NCBI GenBank assembly: GCA_036172245.1
Contig: JAYWIR010000016.1
Location: 930,001-994,000 of the forward strand
Direction: 5' to 3'
DNA length: 64,000 nt
Source: Raillietiella orientalis
Taxonomy: Eukaryota
Numbering within the stretch: the stretch's first letter is position 1; each line of letters opens with the position of its first letter. Position numbers and translations under genes: made by a program. The notes under the pieces are model-generated. The model was not told the DNA's origin. It made no database searches and saw nothing but the letters and a program-made list of their open reading frames with translations. Positions 13,169 to 24,748 of this stretch are shown here, piece after piece.

Positions 13169-14899
13169 CACGGTGAACCCAGGGGGTAACTACACTTCTA
13201 CGTTACCCTCGACTGAGGGGTTCCGTCCCGGGGCTCCTTGTCAGTTCCCCGGTCGCTGGATGCTTTTCTTCCCCCCCCCTCCCCCCCGTCACCGTCGCCT
13301 TCACCTCCCCCATCGGACCGGCTGCCGGTCGAGTGGCGAGCGTCGTATCCCTCGAGGGTGGAGCCGGGAGAGAGCGGCGTTCCCGAGGTCCTCCTCGCTG
13401 GCGAGCCGCTGCGCGCGCAGCTGCTGCTCATCCCGCAGGCGCGCGCGGAGTGCTATCCCCACTAAGGCGGCGCTGGCAGCGGCAGCGGTGAAGAGCCCTC
13501 ATGGCTGCTTCTGGCGGGGGCCGGGCCAGGGACTCTGGGAGAGCCTAGATGCTGACCCCCTTTCTTCCGATCCTAGGAGCCTCTGCTGGAGTGAGACCCC
13601 AGCCGCAGCCCTTTCTCCCCCAACTTCCATCGCCCCCGCGAGCATGTGGATCCGACGTACACGTGAGTCGCCTTCCGCCCCGCTTCCCTCTCCTGAGGTC
13701 ACAGCCGCGGAAAATCGTGCAGAACAAGAAGTCGATGTCGCACCTACGCCCTGAAAGCACCTCGTAGAAGAAGACGCAGCGCTCCGGAGTCCGCCCCTAC
13801 CATCGTTTGCCTCTCTTCTCCTCCTCCCCCCTCCCATACATTTTCAGCTGCTGCTCGTGCCAACGGATTCAAGGTCATGCAGCCAAGGTGAGCGTCGTGC
13901 ATCTGCGGATCGCTCCCATCTCTTGTTCGAATTCTATTCTGATCTGCAACATGATCTGAAGGCCTCATCCTGCCACCCTGCAAGACACAGTGGGTCTTGG
14001 AAGGGCTTCCTGGGAAGAATACCTGAGAATACAAACGCTTCTGAGCGAAAAAAAAAAAAAATACACTGCTGTTTCCCTGGCAACCGCGCGTGTGCGGTCA
14101 ACCATAGCGAGCCTCCGTTCGCCGAGTGCAGCAGGCCGGCACCGGCCGCACCGAAAAATCAATCGCCAAAACGGTCCACTGGTTCTTTTCGCAGGACGAA
14201 AGATGGCTCCTGCCTCCCTTGAGCGACGGTGGCGCCTGCCGGAAGTCTTTCGTCTGTTCGTTCGCTTTGTCTTCCCTTTCCAGAGATGCGCCGGGATCGC
14301 CCCTAACCGACTCGAACTTCCCCGAGAACCCGCCGGAACTTGCAGAAGGAGAAAGGGGACTGCGCGCCGAGCGCAGCCCACGTCGGTTCCAGACGCGCAA
14401 TCTCAGGACCTCGCCGCGAGGGCAAGGGGGGAGAGGCCCCGTCTCGGTGTTCCCGGAATTTCCCCAAACGGGAGTGCACGTGTGTCCCTTATCCATTCAT
14501 TAACTGTCCATTATTTCCTAAGCATCTTCCCGGCAGCAAGTGCTGGCTGCCCCAAGCGACCGAAGGGCGTGGGGAGCGCTTCTGGCGGGGACACTGCGAG
14601 CACTTCTCTGATGCGCCAGCTGGGGGCCAGAGGCGGGGAGCGGCGGCTTTCGTCTTCGGATCTCACAGGAGGTGGAAGAACGAGGGATGACCGGACCCCG
14701 ATCGCCGCAGTGCTGCCATGATGACGTGCGGCTGCCTGCCAGCGGCGCTCATCACGAGAGCGGCGCTGGCACTCCGTAAAATCTGCTCCCCATAACCTAG
14801 AAGATGATCCTTCCAAACCGTCCCTTCTTGCACCTCTGGCGCCGCTCCCTCGAACGGCAGCGGGGGACCGCCTTTTTGTGTCGCGACGGACCACTGGTT

Positions 14900-15180
14900 G
14901 CCATGGAATCCACGGAGTTTTTGAACCCCTCTGGGTGATCGTTTTTCGGGGTTTTTCGGGTCACCGGCTTCTTCAATAAAGGAAAATTCGTCGATTCTTC
15001 GATGCATTACGCGTGGGCGTGCAGTCATCCCGCCGGAGTCCAACGGATAGCCGGGAAGCATACTGAGGAGGAGCAGGTCCGTTTCGCGTTGCTGGATGGC
15101 ATCAAGATTTTTCTGGGAAATTCCTTGATTCCTCTGATGGAATTTCCAGGTGTTCCACGCAAAGGGAACTTTCGAAACGA
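14900..15180 (-). mobile_element. Possible decayed APE endonuclease remnant
   Basis: FAWNTWKF...ETDLLLLS and RRIDEF resemble the APE motifs WNxxG, DxxxLxE and RID. Confidence 0.3.
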
Positions 15181-15699
15181 ATTTCGAGGATTTTCTCTCT
15201 CTCCCTCTTCCTCTCCACCCCTCCTTTGCGGCGGTCCCATGGAGCGACCTGGTGCTCTTCCTCAATCAGCGGCGGAGGCCAACGGACTTTCCCTTCATGC
15301 AAAAGGTGCAACCTCTTGGCCTGCGAGTCTCTGCAGTGGTCCTCTTTGTATTCATCTGCGTGCTTTTCTCGCCCCCTCATCCTGTTTCAGCGCCACCACC
15401 ACGCCTTCGAACACAACCAGCAGCGACTTTGGCGCTCCGGCTGTCCGCAGCGACCCGACCGGTGCCCCTCCTGCAGCCCCTGGGAACTGCATCCTGAATT
15501 CCGTCCCGTTTTCCGAGCTCGTCACCTCGAGAGGCAGGGACCACGAGGAGGAGTCGGCAATGACTCTCCCTCCTCAATGGACCCCTGGGAATCGCGCTGG
15601 AGCTAACTGCAGCCGGCCTGGACGTACTACCCCCTTGCGCAGCTGCTGAAGCGCAGGACGCTGGCAGACGTGCTGCGGCCTCCTTCGTTGAGCACCGCG

Positions 15700-16400
15700 T
15701 CGCTTCGGGGGTGAACCTGGAGGAAGTTAAGAGGAAGATCTCGGGGATGAACGGGGGCACCTCGGTGCCCTGGTACAGGGCCGTTGGCAGCGCTGTGAGA
15801 AACCTCACCGAGGGCGTGCGCCTTCTCTTCTCCAGGAAATGCGGAGGCTTCGTTCACTCTCTCCTCGGCGACAGCTCCTCCTCCTGCCCTACCTCTCCGT
15901 GAAAAACGCCAGCGGGAGGCCACGGTCGCTACAGCAGCCGGGTTCCCTCGAGAACGTCTCCGATCCGAAGGGCACTGTGTCGTTCATCCTGGTGGTGGTG
16001 GACCACCGCCACCCACCCGGTATAAGGTCTCCGAACCCCGGTCTCCGGCCCTGTTCCTCCGCCGCGGATCAAGCTCCACAGCTGCACTACCAAGGCGCTA
16101 GCCTTTTGAAGGAGACGCCGTGCTCCACGTCATGGATCCGGGAATTCTTCACCTTCTCTGGCAGAGTTCATTGTAGGTGTAGAACATGCCCTCGAGAGTA
16201 GCGCCCACGACCTCAATGGTGAACTGGCCTTTGCATCAAGAGAAAGTGTGGACAGGAAGCGTTCTCTGTCCACTCGCTTTACATACCTCTTCCTCAACGC
16301 CGTTCCAATACAGTCCCTATGGAGACACATATCCCAAGACGCTCGGCTGTTTCTTCGAGCTGAAGCGATTGTTCTTCTAGCGTCCCGGCGAGATGGTTTT
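15700..16400 (+). mobile_element. Decayed LINE ORF2 C-terminal remnant
   Basis: Frame-broken CRTC...MVNWPLHQEKVW...LW, similar to LINE C-terminal zinc-finger regions. Confidence 0.35.
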
Positions 16401-16849
16401 GTCTTCCGTTTGTGCGGACCAACTCTTCAGTCAGGGAGGGTGCCATTTTCTCCATCATTCGCACGAATGTCCACAGGTCTTCCTCCTGTGCCCTCAGGGA
16501 GAAGAAAGAGAGAAATCATCCGCGCGCCAGGCAACGTCCATTCAGCTGTATCCCCGTTTCGTTCTTGACGACATTTCTAGAACTTCGCTCACGGTTTCCC
16601 TTTGTGCTGTCCTAGTTCGGGGCTCAGGGTACCACCCCTCCTTTCCGCATGCTCACCCTGCAAACCCTCGTCCCAGGACGATGATCACCCGACTATGCCG
16701 AGGCGTTTGTTACGGAAAGCAATAAAAATACATTGGTGTGGTGGAACACGTGGTTCTACCATGTGCGATGAATCTGCCGAAGAGCGGTGCGCAGACCGGC
16801 GAGGCCTCCGGTTCGGCAGCGTGGTGGAGGGGAAAACAAAACACCAAAA

Positions 16850-19330
16850 CCATACACACAAAACAGGGAGGGTAAATTTTACAAGGGGAGGAGGGCGGGG
16901 AGAGGGGGAGGACTGAGGAAGGGATCACTGCTTGATGCTAGGCGTCCTCTGCATCCTGTTCAGGATGCTGGCAAGTTCCGTCCGCGTCTCGCCCAGGTGG
17001 GGGCAACTCGAGGTGGTCTTCAAAAAGATTCTCTCCCAGTGGATGGCGTTCCTGTCACTTCGGTCTCTTCTTCTGGCATTCCAGGCCGCCGTCATGATCC
17101 CGCGAAGACAGCAGGGAACTGCGAGGGATGCGGCTCGCGGCAGTGCGGTTCACGCGAAGAGGCGTCTGAACATGTCCCTGGGGACGCCCGCTGGGATCAC
17201 AAGGGTGGTCTCTAGGCGAGACCAAAGGAATCGCAAGGCAGCACAGTCTCTAACGGAAGGTGCAGGAGGGTCTCCTTCTTCCCGCCCCTGTCACACCCCG
17301 CTCCCAACCTCCCCCGTGTCCAGTGGTGAAGGCGCATCTTGCACGGGATTCCCCTATGCAACACCACGCCAACTCCTGCCACTCGAGGGAGAGGGCGCCA
17401 CTGTTCCAGAGCTCTGAGGGCCGCTTCACCTCCTCCGGAAGGATGTCGAGCAGCTCACTCCGGCGTGGCAGTCCTTGGGGTGGGACACTCTGAGTCTCAG
17501 AGTACGTCACTTCTCGGATTGTCCACGCACCCAGAAGTTTCTTCTTTGTTGCTATTCCCACCTTGTCGGGATCACTCAGTCCCTTGAGTCCCTTAAGGAG
17601 AGCAGCAGCACCGGGGTATGAAGTCGGCCTGGAATGACTGAGGACTCCTTTAGGGTTCTTCTGTTTCTCTGCGTTCCTACCAGCTTTTTTTTTTTCCTTC
17701 TTTTGTTTGGTTCTTCAAGTGCCGAAGAACCGTTCTTCTCCTAGGGAAGGAGAAGGGTAATCATGAAGCTCTCTGACGCTGCCCACGCCGCCCGAGGGGG
17801 CGTGTTAACTCTTCAAGTTATATGGGGAAACCCGGGACGGGACCCACCCATCCTCCTTCCTCCGGAAAGGCTCCGAAGGAAGGAGTTCCTTCTTCTCACG
17901 ATTGGGAGGAAACCCCGGAGGGAACCTACTTCCTTGTTCTCTCTGGAAGGGACCTCCCTAGGGGAAGGAGGGCACTCTTCATTTCTTCTTCGGAGGGAAC
18001 CCGGAAAGCACCCGCTCCTGGAATTTTTCCTCCTAAGTGAACTCGCAGGGGAACCACTCCTCGTTTTATCCCCTGGGACGCATCCCCATTTCTCTGAAGG
18101 GTCGATCTCCGAAGGGAGAAGCGCCCCTCTGGCACTCTGGAGAGGCAACCCCAGAAGGGGTATCAACCAGCTCCATGGTGTCAGCGATGGAGGGTCACCC
18201 TCCGGGGGAAAGGGGTACGGCTCCAATTTCACAACTGGTGGGGAACCCCGAAGGGCTCCTTGATCCTGGAAGGAACAATCCCGGCCACTCATCAGAGGCA
18301 TCCGCTTTCCGGCTACTTCCACCAGTGCTGCGCCCGAATAGGCCAACCAGTGTCATCTCGCGGGGGAACCCGAAATACACGGCGCCCCCCCCCTGCTCGG
18401 TGTCGATCCCGCACGTGGAGATTCGAACCCGCTACGCCAGGTGCCGCGCGCGGAGACCACACGTAGCCACGCGGCTGACCGCAGAGCTGGATTTTGGAAC
18501 CTGCACTCTGCATCACTGCAGGTAACACGGTGGGAAGATCCGTCCGGGGCTACATCCCTCCCAGGATCTTGAACGGGCGTCTCGTGGCGCGCGTCATCGG
18601 GGGTTCCTTCCGCGAGATCCATTGCGAGCTCACCCTTTTCCAGCTCACATGGACCCACCGATGCCTGGGCACGCCTGATGTTCCCCCATGGCCTGCCTTC
18701 TAGGCAGGACGCGCGTCTGATCCCAGAACCTTCCTACGACGGTTCAACCGAAGCGCGCTTGTCCACGCAGCATCAACATCTCGTATAGAGGTTGACCTCC
18801 GGATCCGAGCGGAGGCTGCAACTTCTATTAGCTCTTCATGATCGAGTTTTCCCTTCGTTTTCCCGAGCGGGGGCCTGCTGTGCTGGAAGGCGGCTCCTGT
18901 TTTGCTTGTTGAGTCCGTTTTCGGTTGCTCCCGCAGACAGGTGCACACTTTTCGAACATTCCAGAAACCCCTCTAAAACGAGGAAAGCGGACCGCCCTCC
19001 CCCTCTCCCGCGTGACGGAAGCAGTCAGGTCAGCCTGCTTCTTCCGGCCCACCAGGGAGACGGAAAGGATTCTCCGTGGAACACGCGATCGAACCGCCGC
19101 TGGAGACCTGCACGCTGACCGGTGATCTTGACCTGACCGCGCGCATCCGATGGATCGCGCCGATATGACTCCATTCGGTGAGCTCAACTAGTGCTGCTGC
19201 CAACTCAGCTGGAAAAGTTCCAGTTGAATTTGCGCCGGCTGCACGATCCTCGCTGAAGCCGGGGGAATCTTGGAATTCCGGCTTCGCTTCCAAGAGTGCT
19301 CGCGCGGGAAGGGGAAAAAATAAATAAATA
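16850..19330 (-). mobile_element. L1/Tx1-type element A: 5' UTR + decayed ORF1 joined to the ORF2 C-terminus; APE and RT absent
   Basis: The ORF1 start (STENPF) is homologous to MASSLTEDPF at 26000; a GQPR...GSNLHV knuckle remnant lies near 18430-18500. The ORF2 end (ETLLHL..DCAALRFLW...PRDMFRRLF...TELASILNRMQR) is homologous to 20604-21140. Confidence 0.7.
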
Positions 19331-19437
19331 AAGGAACAGCAAAAAGGCTGCTCGAAACCGCTAGCGCCTCCCCCATTTCACAGCAACGCGCGCGAAGCGC
19401 AACCATGCGTGACTCAATAGGTGATGGGGTGATTGCG

Positions 19438-19497
19438 TCACGTAACAAAAGCTCCGGCCTGACGTAACAAATGCTCCGGCGTGACGTAACAAAAGTC
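19438..19497. repeat. 22-bp tandem repeat x2.7 carrying TGACGTAA (CRE/ATF-like) motifs
   Basis: tcacgtaacaaaagctccggcc / tgacgtaacaaatgctccggcg / tgacgtaacaaaagtc; AP-1 TGACTCA at 19410-19416. Confidence 0.85.
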
Positions 19498-19859
19498 GTG
19501 CGCAGGGTCGCCATTCAACACGCGCGCGGACACGAACGTCGCAAGCTGCCGACTCGACCGACGTGTCTTTGAGATTTTTTTTTTTTTGGTTTTCCCCATC
19601 CTCTCGACTGATCGCCGCTCTAGGAAATCATAGGCTGGTGTACCCGCGTCGCCAGGGAAACGTGGGAGAGGGAGCCACCTGCAGCCACACGTGATCGTCG
19701 GAACAGGATGAGTGCTGTTCCGATGATCGTACGCAGTCCATTCGGAACGAGTACACGTACACGTGTGTACACTCACTTTGTTCATTCTTTCTTTCCTTTG
19801 GAGGGGAGTCGCGAGTGTCTCGGAGGTGCAGTATCTTCTAAGAGCTCTCGATTACCCTC

Positions 19860-20390
19860 TTTCGCTTGACTCAGGCTCTCCCATACTTGGTCACCTCCCT
19901 CCATGAGTCGCGATGACGACCGTCTCAAGGAGCCTCTTTCGTGTCCGCTTCAGCCTCCTGTGCCCGCAGATGCCTGGATCTCCCCATCTAGCCTGCCACC
20001 TACCACCCGAGCTGGCTCCAGGCTGGGCAGCGGGGGGTCGCTTCGGGCTCGTGAAGTGACCGTTGCACGCTCCGAGAGATCCTGGAGGATCCCAGGAAAA
20101 GCGCGTGGGCGGGAAGAACTTTCCTCGCCGTGGCGCTGCCCACCCCCAGGGAGACCTGAACAGCAGCATGGCGGCGAAATAAGACGTGAAGGAAGAATGT
20201 CCGGGAGGGAGAAAGGACTGGGCGAGTGGAAGACGGGTCAGCTCACCGACGCTGAGACCCCGAGTACACCACCCCACGGACTCCTGCGCTGGGGCGAGCT
20301 ACTGGATGTTCCAGTAGAACACCTGAAGTGGCTCCCAGCGCTCACAGACGAGCGCACCCTTCCCATGAAGTGGCAGCAGTCGGCGCTGTT
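19860..20390 (+). mobile_element. ORF2 C-terminal fragment of the same Tx1-like family, cut off at the 3' end of the oppositely oriented element B
   Basis: GEWKTGQLTDAETPSTPPHGLLRWGELL...LPMKWQQSALF aligns with GGWTTCQLTDAATP...PPKGLLR*GELL...LPLK*EESAF of element B. Confidence 0.65.
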
Positions 20391-23250
20391 TTGACACCCG
20401 GGTGCGCCGGGACGTTTATTTTAATAAACAAACAAACATGTGTTGGACCGTCGGTCCTACAGCTTCCGAAAGAGTTCGGAACTTGCCGAGTCACCGGCAC
20501 GCAGGCCGGCGGGGTCCGAATCGGCAATGGAGGGGGAGGGGCAAACAGAAATAAAAATACAGAAAAACGCCATTTACAAAAATAGGAAGGGCTGGGAAAA
20601 AGATCACGTTTCACTGCAGGCAGTCCTCTGCATCCTTTCCAGAATGCCGGCAAGTTCCATCCTCATACGTCCCAGATGGGGCCATCTGGCTGTCGTCCTC
20701 AAGAAGTCCAGGGTGGGGCAGATGGAGTCCCTATCGTTCTGTCCACCAGTGGCGTTGCTCCAGACCGCTATAATCCCACGTAGGCAGCAAAAGACTGCTA
20801 GGACTGCGGCAGGAGAAAGGATGTCGCGCACAAAGAGGCGCTTGAATACGTCTCTGGGAGCGTTCAAAGGTGCTCCTAGGGCCGTTGTGAAACGCAGCCA
20901 CAGGGGCCGGAGGGCAACACAGTCAAGAAGCAGGTGCGGGAGGGATTCCCGTACCTCGCACCTGACGCAGTTTGGGTCTACAGCCCCCTCGTCCAGTGAG
21001 ATCGGCGGGCGTTGCTGGGGAGTCCCCAATGCAACACCAGAAACGCCGACTCCTCCTATTTCAGGGGAAGGGCCTGGGTATTCTTCAGCACTGGGGGCCA
21101 CTCGAGTACATCCAGCGAGATGCTCAGCAGCTCGCCTCAACGCAATAACCCTTTCGGCGGGGCACTTGGGGTCGCAGCGTCAGTCAACTGGCACGTGGTC
21201 CAACCACCTTGTTCCCTCTCTCTTTTAGAGATTCCACATTGGACCTCCCTTTTCCCGGGCTGGATACTGCCCAGGAAAAGGGAGGTCATACTGGATACTG
21301 CCGTTCTTCCTGAGGTAGGGCAGAGCCGCGGCTAGGGAGATCTTTTCAGCCCACGCACTCAAGGCGGGCTGCACTATGACATCCTGCAGCATGCGGCTGT
21401 TGCAAAAGGAGTGAGCAGTCGCTGCCGCAACTCCGGACTCGCTTCCTCGTTCTGGACCCATGTGCGAAAGCGTTCCTGCAACCTGCAGGAAGTGCCGTTC
21501 GTGGGTTGGCAGGGGATCCAAGTGTTCATCCTGGGGATCCAAGTGTTCATCCTGGTCAGCTTGACCACTCGCCGGAGCGCCAGTCCGCAGTAGAACAGGT
21601 ACCGGCGTTTGCGCTAGGAAGGTATAGACAGTCCCGCGCAGCCGCTGGCTCGCCGAACCAGGTATCGTGCAGGCTCGCACCAGCTGGTGCTCCGCAACTG
21701 CGCCACTAGGGATAAATTCCTGAACTGCAGCTCCAGCCGCTCCAGCGTCAGGAGGCCGAGGACTCCGTCACGACGCGGAGCACGAAAGTCCTTCAGGCGG
21801 ACTCGGGGCCTCCTTCCGACCCAAAGGGCGATCCTCAGGAAGTCCTTTGTCTCCCTCTTCACGCCGCAGGGTGAGGGGCAAACAAAAAGCAAGTGGAGAA
21901 AAGGAAGGCGCCACGAACGTGGCAGGTCCTGTTGTGTTGGCCGTAGTGGGGCCCGGCACGTACCACGAATTATAATAAACGCCCCGGAGTGACCGGGTAG
22001 CAACCAGCAACTTGGCGTCCGTGTTCACAATCGTGATCGGACGCCAGTTGCTTAATTTACGGAGGTCTTCTCCGTTAGGAAGGAGCCTCACCTTGGCTGA
22101 CCGAAACGAGGCGGGAACATCGCATTGGTCTCGGATCAGCCGTGTCAACTCGAGCACTCGAGCACCTCTGCCACGAAGCATTGAAAGAACTCCGCTGGCA
22201 GTTCGTCCTCCCCTGGCCCCTTACGCTTCTTGAGCCTTTTAATCGCGGTGATGATTTCACCGGTCGTAAAAGGCTCGTAGAGGCTTTCTTTCTCCTCCTC
22301 CCCTATGGGCGGGGCTCCATCTGGAAGCAGGAGCCGCGAGGCGTCCCACTCCGCAGGTGCCCTGGCGTAAAGGGAGGAGTAAAATCCCCGCACGAGGCGA
22401 CGTATCGATGCCGGGACCGAGTGCTCCTGGTCCAGGTCGTCCAGCACGCTGAGCGGCCCGGATTGCCAGGCTTGACGCTCTGCCCCGGCTTTGCAATCGG
22501 CCAAACGACGGACGTCAGGGGTCCTCGCGTAACGACGTGCATGCAAATACGCTCTTTCGTTGAGGGCCCCCTCACCAAATCCCCGGGGCGGGCGGTGCAG
22601 AGAGAACTCCTCGCAGAACTCGCGGACCGAGACCTTCATGCGGTCCCAGTCGGCGAGATTCAGGAGTGACGCCTCTCAGGAATCGGCGGAGATGTTCCGC
22701 CGCACCTGAGATCCGCGTCCAGTCCCCGAGCAGACCCCACGCCCTGGATGGTGGGCCTTTGTCGAGAGGGATAACTTCGAAAATCAACCGGAAATGGTCG
22801 GACAGCGTCGATGAAAGTTTCCGAGGTCTGCAGACCCGTGGGCACAGGTCGGCGTCAAGGAAGACGTGGTCTACGCTTTGGACCATTTCCGGTAGGTCCC
22901 CCAACAAGTTGCGCGTGCGCATCGCCGCGCACAACTCGTTGCCCGCGTCTTTTTGCCCGGAAGGCACACCTGAGAGCAGGCGGATGTTGAAATCCACACC
23001 GATCAGATGTGCCTTGCGTACGTTTGTATCAGCCAGCCAGTCGCGCTTCAGGGTTTCGAGGAACCGGGAACGTTCCCCGTACCCGCATCCTTCGCTCGGA
23101 GCTACACGTTAGTCACGACAAGGTCGATCGAGTCGGACCACCTAAGGATGAGCTGGCCAACCCGACTGTCCCTGTCGAAGCGTACGCCCTTGACGACGGC
23201 GTCGACTGCTGGCTTCACAAAAAATGCGGCGCCACAGGTGTTGCGAGCGC
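20391..23250 (-). mobile_element. L1/Tx1-type element B, ORF2 and 3' UTR: APE, RT N-terminus, RT core deleted, zinc finger
   Basis: APE motifs CGAAFFV, IGVDFN, SVDHVFL, LSDHF; RT entry FYSSLY, KGPGEDELPAEFF, NWRPITIVNTDAKL; post-RT LWVGRRPRV, GVLGL; finger PNCVRCEVRESLPHLLLDC; 3' AATAAA and hairpin at 20391-20420. Stops and frameshifts present. Confidence 0.92.
21512..21553. repeat. Perfect 21-bp tandem duplication inside element B
   Basis: ggggatccaagtgttcatcct twice. Confidence 0.95.
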
Positions 23251-23262
23251 CTCATTGCCAAT

Positions 23263-23574
23263 ACAACCCGAATGTTTCCCGTTCCGGACTTTCGGCATAC
23301 CGACGTGCGTGTCGGGGATCCCACCCCCTTCGTCTCTTGTTTTTCCTTTGTCCAGGAACTCTGTTCCCGGATAGTTTTTTAATAGACGACCCGGCGAACC
23401 CGGGTGATAAACAACCCGAATGTTTCCCGTTCTGGACTTTCGGTTTACCGACCTGCGTATCGTGGATCCCCCCCCCCCTTCGTTTTCGCTGTGTCCTTTG
23501 TCCGGGAACTTTGTTCCGGGATAGTTTAGCAATAAACGCCCCGGCGCACGCGGGTGAGAAACAACTCGAATGTT
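23263..23574 (+). repeat. Two tandem ~135-bp LINE 3'-terminal units (23277-23410, 23425-23560) bounded by three copies of a 14-bp direct repeat (probable TSD)
   Basis: acaacccgaatgtt at 23263 and 23411, acaactcgaatgtt at 23561. Units match the 3' UTR sequence at 24670-24750 and the reverse complement of 31471-31605. Confidence 0.88.
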
Positions 23575-24748
23575 GGCCCTGTGCGCCAACCTCTGGTCCA
23601 CTCCGTGGTGTGCTCCCGCGCGCCTGCTCCTGCGGCGCTGCACCGGCAGCGATGTCGCTCCGGCGGAGCGCGCCACGAGAAGCTTCGGTTTCCCCTTGAA
23701 ACCGCTCTACCGGCTCCTGGTAGCCCACGCATGGATCTCCTGCCGCCCAACGAACTTTGACGCCTGGCGGCAGGAATCGTTGCATGCCTGGGCAAAGCGA
23801 CAGGATGTTTCCCTCTTGGAACTCCGTCGCGCCAACCTCTCTCCATACTGTACGGTGTATGAGGTCTGGAACAGCCAGAAGTGGACTCGCCTGGCCGTCA
23901 CGCCTCTCGCCGACGCGCGGTCAGTCCTCAGGGCAAGTGATGACAGCTACCCTCCGGCGAGGTGGGAGGTCGCCTGCACCATCGCAGGAGCAACCCGACC
24001 CATGGGCGGCTGAAGGACTTGCGAGCTGGCGGACGCCGCCACGCCTCGCCACATTTCGAAGGGACTCCTTCGGTGGAGAGAACTTTTGAGTGTGCCCCCC
24101 GAAGAACTTGTGGTCCCTCCCTCCTGCTTGAACACTTCTGTGTTCCCTTTAACTTGGAAACAGGACGTCATCATGCTGGTGCATTGGAGTTTTCACTTCA
24201 ACCGTGTTTCCGGGGGAGTTGTCTCCCCGAACTGTAAACGGTGCAGGGAAGTGGAAACGCTCCCGCACCTGCTCCTGGACTGCGGTGCCCTCCTAGGACT
24301 GTGGTGGAGGCTGGCTTCAGCTCTCCTGCACCAGGGGGACACCGCGAGGGATTTGATGCGCCGCTTCTTCACGCCAGGAGGCCTGTCTTTGGGTGCTGTC
24401 GTTGCAACCGTGTGTTGCACCCGCGCCATCGACAAGGCCCACCGAGAGTTGGAGAAGCTGGCCATCCTTCGTCAGCCCACCGGAATAGCCGACGAGAACA
24501 TGACATCGGCTGCCGAGTGGACACATCTTCCAGAGAACGTTAGGAGCGAGATCACCGGCATTCATAGCCGGTTCTGAAGGAATAGAACGGCCCAAACCAA
24601 AGACCCCTGTCCTCTACCCTCCCCTTATCTTTATTTCTATTTTTTATGCGTGTATTTGTGGACCCCTCCCTCCCGTTCCGGACTTTCACTTTTACCGAAC
24701 TGCGTGTCCGGGAGTCCTCCCTTCGTTTCGTTCGACTTGTGTCCTGTC
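23575..24748 (+). mobile_element. 5'-truncated Tx1-like copy: ORF2 C-terminus and partial 3' UTR
   Basis: LALCANLWSTPWCAPARLLLRR (cf. LSLVAQLRSTSWCEPARYLVRR in B) through PNCKRCREVETLPHLLLDC to the stop at 24577; near-duplicate of 31627-32571. Confidence 0.88.

Noticed and set aside
23263..23574. CRISPR-like repeat-spacer pattern
   Set aside because: Eukaryotic context, 14-bp repeats, and 135-bp 'spacers' that are homologous to each other and to a LINE 3' UTR; no cas genes.
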